NCBI GenBank assembly: GCA_951406725.2
Contig: OX597836.1
Span: 22,444,001-22,508,000 of the forward strand
DNA: 64,000 nucleotides
Source: Octopus vulgaris
Lineage: Eukaryota
Direction: 5' to 3'
Numbering within the stretch: the stretch's first letter is position 1; each line of letters begins with the position of its first letter. The position numbers were made by a program, and so were the translations under genes. Below, in pieces: positions 1-12,064 of this stretch. The notes below the pieces were generated by a model that was given only the letters and a program-made list of their open reading frames with translations, was not told the origin of the DNA and ran no database searches.

Positions 1-35
1 AATTTACCCATTGTACTCTGGATGGATGGATGATG

Positions 36-77
<42 letters not shown>

Positions 78-478
78 GCTACAAAGATAGAATTAGAAAA
101 AGCTATAAGAGATATAAATGTGTGACCTATACCAGTACTAATCACTCACTAACAACAGCATTGTGAAAATATCGAACATACCACTGTAGAAAAGCACTTC
201 CGTTATATTTCCAAAACTTCCCGCCACAAACAGGCAGTTTATCAATAAAAGAAAATCAAGCAAAAAACGTAACAAAAGATATCAATAATCAAAAATCAAA
301 CCTAAAGCTTCTAAACTATTGTTTTATGCCATTTAGCCGTGACGCATTACTGTTTTGGTTACCTTTTGGTTATTTTGTGAATTAACAATTAGAAACACAA
401 ATGAAACATAACTAGACTATGGCCACCAGTAAAAAATATGTTGCACAGCTTAGTGGTTAAATCCTTTTGTTTTGGTAG
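1..478. repeat. Left arm of a long inverted duplication (partner 1655-2203); runs off the window start
   Basis: 1-478 is the reverse complement of ~1655-2203 with scattered mismatches, including the (GA)n/(CT)n tract and aatttacccattg vs caatgggtaaatt. Confidence 0.9.
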
Positions 479-534
479 AATTTCCCTTGAAAAATTATTG
501 CTCATTTTATTTATTTATATATTTATAATGTAAA

Positions 535-850
535 AAGCGCATGGCTTGGTGGTTAAGGTATTCGGCTTATGGTTGTAAGGTCCTGCGTTCAATTCTTGGT
601 GGTATATCATGTCCTTGAGCAAGACACTTCATTTCACATTGTTCCAGTCCATCCGGCTGGCAAAATCAGTTGCACCTGTAATCCAAAGAGCCAACCTTGT
701 CACATTTTGTGTCATGCTGAATCTCTCTGAGAACTATGTTAAACATACATGTCTGTGGAATACACAGCCACTTGCACATTAATTTCATGAGCAGGCTGTT
801 CTGTTGATTGGATCAACTGGAACACCCACCGTCAATCCCAATGAAGTCCC
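535..850 (+). mobile_element. tRNA-derived CORE-type SINE (family C), decayed
   Basis: A-box-like tggcttggtggtta, B-box-like gttcaattc, CORE-like ccttgagcaagacact block; homologous to 4995-5335, 32800-33105, 37034-37310. Confidence 0.75.
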
Positions 851-1066
851 AGTGTATTTACATACTGTTCCTTCCACTTAGACATAGGGTCTCTTCTCCT
901 TTCTGTTCTTTTTCTGTCTTGCAGTATTGTTAAGCTGTTGGCTGGACTGCTACCTTATTTGCTCTGAGTTCAAATCCTCCTGAGGTCATCTTTACATTTT
1001 ATCCTCTCAGGGCCAATAAGAAAAAAAACTTAGTGACCTCACTAGTGCTGGTATCACAAAAAACAA

Positions 1067-1460
1067 AAGCTCCCAGTACACTCTGTACAGTGGTTGGTGA
1101 GCTGGCAGAAACGTTAGCACGCCAGGCGAAATGCTTTGCGGTATTTCGTCTGCCACTACTTTCTGAGTTCAAATTCCGCCAAGGTTGACTTTGCCTTTCA
1201 TCTGTTCGGGGTCGATTAAATAAGTACCAGTTACACACTGGGGTCGATATAATTGACTTAATCCGTTTGTCTGTCCTTGTTTGTCCCTTCTGTGTTTAGC
1301 CCCTTGAGGATAGTAAAGAAATAGGTTGGTGTTAGGAAGGGCATCCAGCTGTAGAAACCAAGCCAAAATTGACATTGGAGCTTGACACAGCGCTGTGGCT
1401 CACTGGATCCTGTCAAACTACTCAGCCCATGCCAGTATGGAACAAGGACATTAAAAGATT
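1067..1460 (+). mobile_element. SINE-like repeat with aggaagggcatcc block, with a nested family B SINE at 1096-1323
   Basis: Nested SINE flanked by duplicated ggttggtg; host element shares sequence with 3973-4125 and 8700-8850. Confidence 0.7.
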
Positions 1461-1654
1461 TTAATAATAATAATGAGCATCATCATCATTGCATTCAATC
1501 ATTTGTATTGAGAAAGTATGATTTCCATATCAAGAAAAAAAAAAAGTTGATGCATTTTTTTTTTAAACATCAGTTTTTGTTTTCTAGGTTCCATGTTTCT
1601 ACCATTGAATTCCCTGAACAAAAAAATGTAAATGAATATATAAATACATAAAAC

Positions 1655-2073
1655 TATAACAAAACAACAGGATTTAACCACTAAGCTGTGCAACATGTTT
1701 GTTACTGGTGGTCATAGCCTAGTTATGTTTCATTTGTGTTTCTAATTGTTAATTCACAAAATAACCAAAAGGTAACCAAAAAAGTAATGTGTCACGGCTA
1801 AATGGCAAAAAACAATAGTTTGGAAGTTTTAGGTTTGATTTTTGATTATTGATATCTTTTGTTGTTTTTTTATATTTTTTGCTTGATTTTCTTTTATTGC
1901 TAAACTGCTTGTTTGTGGCGGGAAGTTTTGGAAATATAACGGAAGTGCTTTTCTACAGTGGTATGTTCGATATTTTCACAATGCTTCACATTGCTGTTAT
2001 TAGTGAGTGATTAGTACTGGTATAGGTCACACATTTATACCTCTTCTAGCTTTCTCTAATTCTATCTTTATAG

Positions 2074-2132
<59 letters not shown>

Positions 2133-2139
2133 ATGTGTG

Positions 2140-2170
<31 letters not shown>

Positions 2171-2203
2171 ACACACACACACACAGGGTGCAATGGGTAA
2201 ATT
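1655..2203. repeat. Right arm of the long inverted duplication
   Basis: Reverse complement of 1-478. Confidence 0.9.
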
Positions 2204-2420
2204 GTTGCCATTTTATATTTTTAATTTTGCTCATGCACATTGTTTGTTTTTGATCTTGTCGACTACCCAGTATAGTAGGGTCAGTTGGGCACCGTCTGTG
2301 AGAAAACTAGCACCATGATGCAATTCACTCTGCCAGAAATTTGGAACTGACATACTGTACTGCCAATTTGAACCATATACAGTGTTGCTGAGTTCAGACA
2401 ACACAAAGAGCCAGAACAGA
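2185..2420 (+). mobile_element. Tc1/mariner 5' end fragment
   Basis: cagggtgcaatgggtaaattg TIR-like start typical of Tc1/mariner ends; short decayed reading frame from ~2315. Confidence 0.5.
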
Positions 2421-3502
2421 CACCACAAGGCATCTCACCTCCGTCCTTTAAGAGGTCCATCAATCCATACCCTAGATTTACCTTTATTAATATATATCGA
2501 ATTATACATAGGTATATACAAGATTTACACAGATATAAGAGTTAGATTCTGGGATCTGCCCATGGATCTTTCTCTTTGGAAATTTTTGCCTGCCACACTA
2601 AAAAGTTTCTCCACCCATGTTTTAGACGGAAACAAGAAGAAGCCCGTCATGTCTGTGTGTCTTTGCATTTCTCCCACACCACCACTTGACAACTGGTGCT
2701 GGTGTGTTTACATCCCCCATAACTTAGCAGTTCAGCAAAAGAGACTGATAGAATAAGTACCAGGCTTAAAACGAAGAAAAAAAAAAGCACTGGGGTTGAT
2801 TTGCTCAACTAAATATTTGTCAAGGTGTTAAGATGCCCCAGCATGGCCACAGTCGTTAGACATGACTGAAACAAGGATGAAAGATAAAGCCTTTAATGTG
2901 GTGCTCCAGTATGGGCAATCCAGTGACTGAAAGAGATGATAAAAGATGATCATAGCTAGAACATCTCGGATCCAACAAGTCAAACAACACCCTTACCGCC
3001 CTTGCAGCTAACTCGTGATACGGGGGTGGGGAGTAGACAGGAACTAAACAACAACAACAGGTGTTTTATTTTTAGCCCAAAATTCACCTGACTTTTTCAT
3101 TGTGGCTTTATTCTTTGTTTTTCTATTTTATTTTATTTTCCTTTGAAGAAAACCTGTTGTCAACATGTAAGGGAGTGTGGATGGGTGGGTGTATGTGTTG
3201 TTTATAAAACAACCGGCCAACAACCTTGCTAACCAACCAGCAAACCAGATACACCAAATTTGAATTTTCTCTAGTAAACCAATCGTCTACATCAGGCCTG
3301 GGGCAACACTGTGACGATGTGCTCGCATGACTTTCTGAATGACACAACAATGGAAAATTACCTTCAATGTTTTTTGCATAATATGACATACCTGATGATG
3401 CACCATGTGTTACAAGTGACCCACTTATCAAAAAAGATTGCCCATGCCCAGTCTACTAGATCTGCTAGAAATAGCAACTAAATCACTTTCAAATCACCTC
3501 TC

Positions 3503-3910
3503 TTTACTCTCATTTACTCTTTTACTTGTTTCAGTCATTTGACTGTGGCCATGCTGGAGCACCACCTTTTAGTCGAGCAAATCGACCCCAGGACTTATTC
3601 TTTGTAAGCCTAGTACTTATTCTATCGGTCTCTTTTGCCGAACAGCTAAGTTACGGGGACGTAAACATACCAGCATCGGTTGTCAAGCGATGTTGGGAGG
3701 GACAAACACATACACACACATATATATATATATATATACATATATACGACGGGCTTCTTTCAGTTTCCGTCTACCAAATCCACTCACAAGGCATTGGTCG
3801 GCCCGAGGCTATAATAGAAGACACTTGCCCAAGGTGCCACGCAGTGGGACTGAACCCGGAACCATGTGGTTGGTAAGCAAACTACTTACCACACAGCCAC
3901 TCCTACGTCT
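3503..3910 (-). mobile_element. ~400-bp tRNA-derived SINE (family A) with internal microsatellite and (GAGTAAAA)n tail
   Basis: Near-identical to copies at 5640, 27706, 28899, 29895, 41052, 59948, 60494; head ggagtggctgtgtggtaag, gggttcagtccc B-box-like, ccttgggcaag CORE-like block. Confidence 0.9.
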
Positions 3911-3972
3911 ATTCTCATTAATAAAAAAAAAAAAATATTGTAATATTTTGTGTTGTTAGCTTGACACACAAC

Positions 3973-4460
3973 ATCATCATCACTATTATCTAACGTCCAT
4001 TTTTCCATGCTTGGGATGGTTTGACAGGAGCTGGCCAGCTGTCCAGATTCCAATTATCCATTTTAGCATGGTTTCTGCAGCTGGATGCCTTTCCTAATGC
4101 CAACCATTTTACAGAGTGTACTGGGTGCTTTTTATATGGCACTGGTATGGATGTTCTTACATGCACTGGTACAAGTGTTTACTACATGGCACCAGCATGG
4201 GTGCTTTTACGGGTGCTTTCTATGTAGTACTGGCACAGGTGTTTTACGCGACACCAACACAGGTGTTTCTTAGGTGCCACCAGCATGGATGGTTTACTAT
4301 GCAACACCAGCACAGGTGTTTTATATGGCACTAGCACAGGTGCTCTCCACGTGGCACCAATATGGGTGCTTCTTCCATGGCACCAGCTCAAATGCCTGTA
4401 TGTGGCACTGGCATGGGTTACTTTCCACATAGCACCAACATGGGTGCTTTTAAGTGGTAC
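3973..4460 (-). mobile_element. SINE-like repeat with (CAT)n tail and an internal ~26-bp minisatellite (4120-4460)
   Basis: ggatgcctttcctaatgccaacc block, then about 13 diverged units of approximately TGGCACCAGCATGGGTGCTTTTTACA. Confidence 0.7.
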
Positions 4461-4475
4461 AATATCAGAAATGTG

Positions 4476-4780
4476 GAGGCACATGGCCTAGTGGTTAGAG
4501 CAGTGGACTCGCGGTCAAGGGATCATGGGTTCAAATCTCAGACCAGGCGATGTGTCTGTTTATGAGTGAAACACCTAAGCTCCATGCAGCTCCGGCAGAA
4601 GGTAATGGTGAACTTCACTGACTCTTTCACCACAACTTTCTCTCACTCTTTCCTCCTGCATCTTGCAGCTCACCTGCGACGGACCGGCGTCCCGTCCAGG
4701 TGGGGAACCTATACGCAAGGAAACTGGGAAACCGGCCCTATGAGCCAGGCAAGGCTCAAGAAGGAACAAACAAACAAACT
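4476..4780 (+). mobile_element. tRNA-derived SINE with (AAAC)n tail
   Basis: ggcacatggcctagtggttagagc A box, gggttcaaatctc B box, ends aacaaacaaacaaac. Confidence 0.75.
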
Positions 4781-4994
4781 AGAATAACTTCTGATCAAAG
4801 ACCCATCCAAGTGAAGAGGACCCAGGAATAAACAATTACAAAAACAATTTCTTTCCTAGTTACCTTTTTTCTTTTCATTCAATATTCACAGACGTGAGGC
4901 TGAAGAGTGGATGTAATAAATACTATTTGATTTTCTCTTTATTCGTCTATATTACAACTGACATAATTTACTACACACACTCTTTATCGATGTG

Positions 4995-5335
4995 AAGGCA
5001 CATGGCTCAGTGGTTAGGGCATCCAGCTCACAATCATGAGGTAGTGAGTTCAATTCTCAGACCAAGCTGTGTGTTGTGTTCTTGAGCAAGACACTTTATT
5101 TCATGTTGCTCCAGTTCACTCAGCTGTAGAAATGAGTTGCGACATTACTGGTGCCAAGCTGTATCAGCCGTTGCTTTTCCTTGGATAACATCAGTGGTGT
5201 GGAGAGGGGAGGCTGGTATGCATGGGTGAGTGCAGGTCTTCTATAAACCTTGTCCGGACTTGTGCCTCAGGGGGTGACTTTTTAGGTGTGATCCCATGGT
5301 CATTCATGACTGAAGGAGGTCTTCACCCTCTACCC
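4995..5335 (+). mobile_element. tRNA-derived CORE-type SINE (family C)
   Basis: A/B boxes and cttgagcaagacactttatttca block; homologous to 32800-33105. Confidence 0.8.
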
Positions 5336-5639
5336 TTCTTTATTGATAAAAACATACACATTCATAAACATAGATAAGTACATACATACAAACATCTACA
5401 CATGCACATATACACAAACTCATAACCACATGTACATATACAAAACAGAAATCACATACACACATACAAGCACAACTTTATATACATACAAAATCAAAAA
5501 TGCACAACACACACAATTTACAATTTCCCATACTTGCATATACACACATATATAAAAATCAAACAATTTCATACAGATACGAAAAAATCATATCTTCATA
5601 CATGCATATATACATACATACATATATTCAATACATATA

Positions 5640-6033
5640 TACTCTTTTACTTGTTTCAGTCGTTTGACAGTGGACATGCTGGAGCACCGCCTTTAGTCGA
5701 GCAAATCGACCCCAGGACTTATTCTTTGTAAGCCTAGTACTTATTCTATCGGTCTCTTTTGCCAAACAGCTAAGTTACAGGGACTTAAACACACCAGCAT
5801 CAGTTATCAAGCGATGTTGGGGGGGGGGGGGACACACAAACACAGACACACAAACATATATACATATATACAACGGTCTTCTTTTAGTTTCCGTCTACCA
5901 AATCCACTCACAAGGCTTTGGTTGGCCCAAGGCTATAGAAGAAGACACTTACCCAAGGTGCCACGCATTGGGACTGAACCCAGAACCATGTGGTTGGTAA
6001 GCAAGCTACTTACCACAAAGCCACTCCTGCGCC
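5640..6033 (-). mobile_element. Family A SINE
   Basis: Full-length match to other family A copies. Confidence 0.9.
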
Positions 6034-6159
6034 TATACATACAATATCATGCACATATACACAGCTTCATACATACATGGATATAATATCACACAGATAC
6101 ACAGCTTCACACACATATACAAACACACACAGTTTTATAAAATGAAAAAGAAACGTTTT

Positions 6160-6198
<39 letters not shown>

Positions 6199-6694
6199 TG
6201 CAGTTATTTATCTGCTTCGCTAGTTACCACATAACTAACTGCACTAAGATACCAGCTACACCAACACCAACGCCAACGCCGCCATGCAACCACTGCCACT
6301 CCCACTACCATGCAACTACTAAACAGTGTCTTTTCGGAGGTTAACAGAGGAGAGGGAAGAGAAGTGTGCAGTAGGAGCAGCATGGCAGTGGATTCTGGAG
6401 AAGTGCAGTGGTGGTGGTGGTGGTGGTGGTGTTGGTGGCAGCGGTGTAGTTTCAACATTTCATACATTCTCCACTGATGACAGCAGACATTACAGTTGTC
6501 AGACATGACAGAATAAGGGACAGGCAGACAGACAGACAAACAGACAGGATGGCTAGCAAGCTTGGTCCCTTTGGAAATATTCAGCTGCTAACTCCCACTA
6601 TTAACATACACAGATATTGTATTATTGGGGGACCTATGCAAAAAAAAAAAAAAAAGCCTCAATATATGGTCATGGAACTTGCTAGAAATAACAG

Positions 6695-7140
6695 CCATGT
6701 GCAGGGGTGGCTGTGTGGTAAGAAGTTTGTTTCCCCAACCATGTGGCTCCTGTTTCAGTCCTATTGTCTGACACATGGGGCAAATGTCTTCTACAATAGC
6801 CTCAGGTTTACCAAAGCCTTGTGAGTAGATTTGGTAGAGAGAATCTGAAAGAAGCCCGTTGTATGTGTGTATATGCATGTGTGTGTGTGCATGCATGTTT
6901 TTGTGTCTGTGTGTGTGGATATTTACGTGAGTGTTTCTTTGCATCTGTGTTTGTTCCCCCACCATTGCTTAACATCCAGTATTGGCATGTTTACGCCCCT
7001 ATAACTTAGCAGTTTGGCAAAAGGAACTGATAGAATAAGTACTCGGCTTAGAAATAAAAATAAGTCCTTGGGTCAATATATTTGGCCAAACCCCTTCAAG
7101 GCAATGCCCCAGCATGCCCACAGTCAAATGAGTGAAACAA
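6695..7140 (+). mobile_element. Family A SINE, old and CpG-decayed
   Basis: Diverged full-length match with many CpG to TpG/CpA changes. Confidence 0.8.
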
Positions 7141-7539
7141 AAAACATGTAAGATTAATTAATTATCCACATTGTTTTGAATTAATCATGGATTATCTTGT
7201 AGCTTAAGATTCCAGTGATGTGGTTGTATATTTCTAGAATGACATTGCAGTGTGAAAGGATAGATCTGGTCAGTTTGAATATAAAACAGGTAGAACATTT
7301 GGGCTGGGTAAGGCTAATTTAAATTCTAAAGGGTTAAATATAATAGTCCAGGCAAAAAAAAGAAGACAGTTTTGGTCATGGTTGGAACCCCTTTGAATGT
7401 AGGTCGCTTGACTAGGGACTAAACAAACAACATTTAGAAATAAATTCAACTTGTGGCCCCAAAGATCTAAACAATGGAGTTGTTGAATGTGATAATATAT
7501 CAACAGGAAAGTTCTTCTCATGTTCTTTCATTCACTGGT

Positions 7540-8063
7540 TTGGACAATAGGCATGCTGGAGTTGAGCTTATGTGGTGCAAAGGAGCGAAGAGAAAAGATT
7601 AATTCCTGTTCATGGCAAAGGCCTGAGTCTGGATGGTCCCTGTGCAAAGAGAGTCTGAACACAAACAGCTGTTGTAGTGAATGTCCGGTAAAGCAGAAAT
7701 GGCATAAGACCAGGGTGTCATTGCCAAGTCTGATGTCGTGGAGGTGCCCTGCAACCAGTCAGCCAAGTGACATCCTGTTTGACCGATGTACAGGGAAGGG
7801 TAGAAAGAGCAGGAAATGCAGTAAATGACATTGCTGGAAGTGCAGGTAAAGGAGTTGGTGATGTTATATGAGTGATGATAGATGCCTGTGAGGATGGTGG
7901 TGTTAGAGAGGTAGAGGTGGTGTTGGAGAGGTACAGCAGCGTGGGTGGGAGCAGGGGAACGGACCAGACTGGGAGGTGAAGTTAGGGAAGAAATTGTGGA
8001 CCAGGAGGTCAGACAGGTTGTGGGCTTGTTTGAAGGAGGGAAGGGGTAGGTTGGAGAAGACAT
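7540..8063 (-). pseudogene. Penelope-like element GIY-YIG endonuclease relic
   Basis: Translation FTCTSSNVIYCISCSFYPSLYIGQTG matches the PLE VIY...YIG motif; frameshifted downstream. Confidence 0.8.
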
Positions 8064-8867
8064 GTAAGGTGGAGGGGTTGCACTGGAGTCACTGGAAGTC
8101 TCGGAGAATGGTGCACTGGAGGAGCTAGTATTGCACTTAGGCCATGCTCATGTGCTTCTATTTCACTTTCTGTGGTGCATTCATCATAAATAATGGTATG
8201 CTATGGTGAAATGCATCACAGTTATGATTACTTGGAGGGCAATTTGAACTTGGAAATGTGAAATTAGGCAAACCAAATAATACAAAGCATTTTTTTTATC
8301 CGATGCTCTACTGATTATCTGATTCTGTCATCAGTCTGAATAGTTAATTTGGATGTGAGGAAGAGATCAATGGCGATTGAAATGTACTTTTGTGTGTGAG
8401 TGTGTGACTGCGCATGTGTGTTAGGTAAAGAGAGAGAGAGAAAGCGACAGACAGACAGACAAAAAGAGAAGTGTAATAAAGATGGAATTTCAATATAAAT
8501 GCCAGTATTCACTTAATGTAACAAAAAGCTAATGACAGCTCTCTTAAGAAGCCACATTTTCTTTTTTGTGAGTGGACTTCGTAGACAAACAAAAAGAAGC
8601 CGGTGGTGTGTGTGTGTGTGTGTGTGTGTTTGTGTGCGAGTATGTGTGTGTATGGTTGTGTCCTGTTTTTGATATTGTGTGATTGTTGTAAATGGTTGTC
8701 ATACAGGGTTGCATCAGTCACTTCCAATATTCTGAGGAAATATTACCATGTTTGGAATACAAGTAAGTGTTGGTGACAGGAAGGGCATTCAACCCAAGAA
8801 AATTTGCCTCTAATCAGGAAGTGGACATTAAAATGATGGTGACAACAGTGATGGCAATCTTCCTTTT

Positions 8868-9520
8868 TAACCGTTAAGCATTTAGATTATTCGGATCTTT
8901 TCGGTTTGAACGGCAGTTTTTTCTAGCGGTGTCATATGAAATTGTCACCCATAATTATGACCCTAGTATTGATCTATTGCATTTCAATCTATTTTAGAGT
9001 TAGGGTTAGGGATGGGAGGAAGGGTACTTTAGTTTCTTCAGAAATGTAAATAAACCCAATCTGTTTCGTAAACGAGGGACATTTTCATATGGCAAAGAAT
9101 GTTTACACCTCAATAGACATCATTGATTGGTTGAAATTGCAAAAATTGAAGAAAAAAAACAACAAATATCTTATAAACTATAGAATTTTCTCAATAAAGC
9201 CAAGAGAAAAAGATGTTTTATAAACAAATTTTACCAGTATACGAAGTTTAAAAGTGTTTAGTTACGTGGAAATTATTTTAAAAAACTGCCGTTCAAACCG
9301 AAAAGATCCGATTATTCTGTCAAATGTGATGCTTGCTTATTCACATTCATCATCATCATCGAATAAATCATCTCATAATTTCAAGATATCAATAATGTAA
9401 TTGTATATTCCTAGAACGACACTATAGGGTGGGTGTGAGAAGCCAAATGTGCCCAGTTTGAACATAAAACAGGTAGAAAATTTGGGCCAGTTAAGGCCGG
9501 TTCAAACACTAAAGGTTTAA
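8868..9520 (+). mobile_element. TTAA-bounded MITE-like repeat (piggyBac-type ends) hosting a nested MITE
   Basis: ttaaccgttaagcatt...aaacactaaaggtttaa ends; homologous to 7160-7338 and 9757-10168 (-). Confidence 0.55.
8893..9309 (+). mobile_element. MITE copy 1: ~30-bp TIR, 8-bp TSD (Merlin-like), internal TTAGGG
   Basis: TIR ggatcttttcggtttgaacggcagttttt / aaaaactgccgttcaaaccgaaaagatcc; TSD gattattc on both sides. Confidence 0.9.
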
Positions 9521-9877
9521 CGAATAGCTTGCAGAATTTTTGACAGCTATTTCTAGCAAGTTAAACAACAAACCATGTAGAGATCCCCTTTGTTAACTGA
9601 TAAACATGTTAGGAGTGAAAACATTGTCGATAGTGTTGGTAATGGATGCTGGTACCTGTATAGTGGGAGGATGTTATTTAGCTCAGACCCAGGAGATAAC
9701 CTATGACCAAAGGTGTTCCAGCAATGACCACCTCATCCTTTTTATCCTCCTATATTTAACATTTTAGCATTTAAGGCAGTCTTATATGGCCCAAATATTC
9801 TCTGCCTGTTTTATTTTCAACCCAGATCTGGGCCCTCACACCTACCCTACAATGTTGATCTAAACGTAAACAATCAC

Positions 9878-10091
9878 GGTGAGCTGGTAGAATCGTTAGC
9901 ACGCCGGGCGAAATGCTTAGCAGTATTTCGTCTGTGGTTACGTTCTGAGTTCAAATTCCGCCGAGGTCGACTTTGCCTTTCATCCTTTCGGGGTCGGTTA
10001 AATAAGTACCAGTTACGCACTGGGGTCAATATAATCGACTTAATCCGTTTGTCCCCTCTGTGTTTAGCCCCTTGTGGGTAGTAAAGAAATA
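9878..10091 (+). mobile_element. Family B (Nin/Deu-domain-like) tRNA SINE nested in a MITE
   Basis: gaggtcgactttgcctttcatcctttcggggtcg central block; 12-bp TSD gtaaacaatcac. Confidence 0.9.
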
Positions 10092-11036
10092 GTAAACAAT
10101 CACATCATCATAATCTTGAAACTATAAGCATTACATTTGAAAGAGTAATCTGAATGCTAGAGGGTTAAAGACTGTAGGATGTCTGCTCTGTGAAAGATAT
10201 AACTGCTATTTCTAGCAGATGGAGCAATAGCCATAGTCTCTCCCTGTTATTTTGCTTGACTACTGGGTAAGCTAAGAGAAGCTATAGTGATGGTGGTGGT
10301 GGTGGCGAGATAGGGCTGCCAGTAGCTGCAAAAGGGTAGATCTGTGTATACAAGGTAGTCACTTTATGTGCAGGGAAAGGGAGGTGCAAAATAGAATTGA
10401 GGCTAAGGGGACGGGCAAAGGTCAGAGACGAGAGTGGAAGGCAGGTCAGGGGTAGTGGGAGGAGATGGGACAGACAAGGATTTATTTTGGAAGTAAATCC
10501 CTGGCTGCTGATGTGTCAACTGGTGGAAAGTAAATGGATGGCGGCGGGGGGGGGATTGAGAGAGGGGGGGAAACAAGAGGATGAGAAAAGGGAGAAGAGA
10601 ACAGGGGAGGGTGAGAAAAATTGATGGTGGTGTGACGGGGGGGATGGAGGGGGACAGAGTTATAGCAGAAGTGCAAAATTGTTTACCCTCCCACCTTTGT
10701 TGACTACAAGGAAAAGGGGATGGCTAGGTGTGGAAGAGGAAGGAGGGGGGGCAGAAGGGGACAGAAAGACCGAAACACAGATGGACGGACGGACGGACGG
10801 ACAGACATACAGACTGGGGAACTTGTCAAAACATCCTTTATGAGTGAGTCGGTGTGACTCAAGCATCAGGCGTCTGAATTATGACTGGCACTCCACGTAC
10901 CACTGCACTCACCACTCCACTCCACTCATCCTCGTACACATTGGAGTTGTGGTGGTGGTTGTTCTTGTTGGTGGGCGGTGGTGATGAGGGATTTCAAATT
11001 ACGTCTCTGCATTGCTGGAAAACGAAACGAGATAGT

Positions 11037-11183
11037 CGTACGTACGTACGTATGTTTATGTACGTACGTACGTATGTTTATGTACGTACGTACGTATGTT
11101 TATGTACGTACGTACGTAGGTTTATGTACGTACGTACGTAGGTTTATGTACGTACGTACGTAGGTTTATGTACGTACGTACGA
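11037..11183. repeat. 22-bp minisatellite TACGTACGTACGTA(T/G)GTTTATG, ~6.5 copies
   Basis: Direct reading of tandem units. Confidence 0.95.
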
Positions 11184-11407
11184 ATCTATGTGTGTGTGTG
11201 ATCAGGAGGATGGAGGGTATCAGATTTTAATAGCAGATCACATTTGTTTCCCCCAGTTATGAGTTGCTGAGTTTATTATATTCAAAGACCAATTATACAA
11301 GATCATTCTTTATAATTACTAAGTGGTTGAATAATATATTATATTATATTATATTATATATAAATAAATATGTATATATATATATATACATATATGTGTG
11401 TGTGTAT

Positions 11408-11488
11408 AAAGCCATTTATCTCGGCTTCCGTCGTCACCTTCGTGTGTGTGTGTTTGTGGTGATGACGGAAGCGGAGACAAATGGCTTT
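11408..11488. other. 31-bp stem hairpin in non-repeat sequence (pre-miRNA-like or dsRNA)
   Basis: aaagccatttatctcggcttccgtcgtcacc pairs with ggtgatgacggaagcggagacaaatggcttt; 19-nt loop; 3 non-Watson-Crick positions. Confidence 0.6.
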
Positions 11489-11969
11489 TTATTTTGACCG
11501 GTGTGGTGATGGTGGTGAGAGATACCGGTTCAAAAAAGCATCACAGAACAGAGGAAAAACTTCAATGGTGTTAACACCCACCCCCCGGCCAACCAACTCC
11601 ACCCTTCCATCTACCTACCCATGAACTAGTTCCATAACTAACACCCTTAATGCATCCATCACTGGACCAAACCCATGCCCCTCTTCCTCATAACTCACGT
11701 CTTACCCATCCACACACACACACATATATATATATATATACATATATATGTATTATGGCGCTGTGATGTGGATGCGGAGGAAGGAGTGAAGTGGCTGGAA
11801 GGGAAAGTGTTGGAAATAAGGCCTCCGAACAACATCAAACGGCATTTTTCTTTCCTCCCACAACCACCACCACTAAAAACAAAAAATCCTTTCCACTCCA
11901 CCCTTAGCCTATCATTCATTCACTCAGTTCAGTTGTCACAGGCAAGAGAGAGTTAGACAAATAGATAGG

Positions 11970-12028
<59 letters not shown>

Positions 12029-12033
12029 CGGAC

Positions 12034-12064
<31 letters not shown>

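Noticed and set aside
4120-4460. CRISPR-like appearance of palindromic ~26-bp repeats
   Set aside because: No unique spacers, units are diverged and contiguous, eukaryotic context, no cas genes.
8995-9012. TTAGGG runs as a telomere or fusion scar
   Set aside because: Only 2-4 units and always internal to the MITE.
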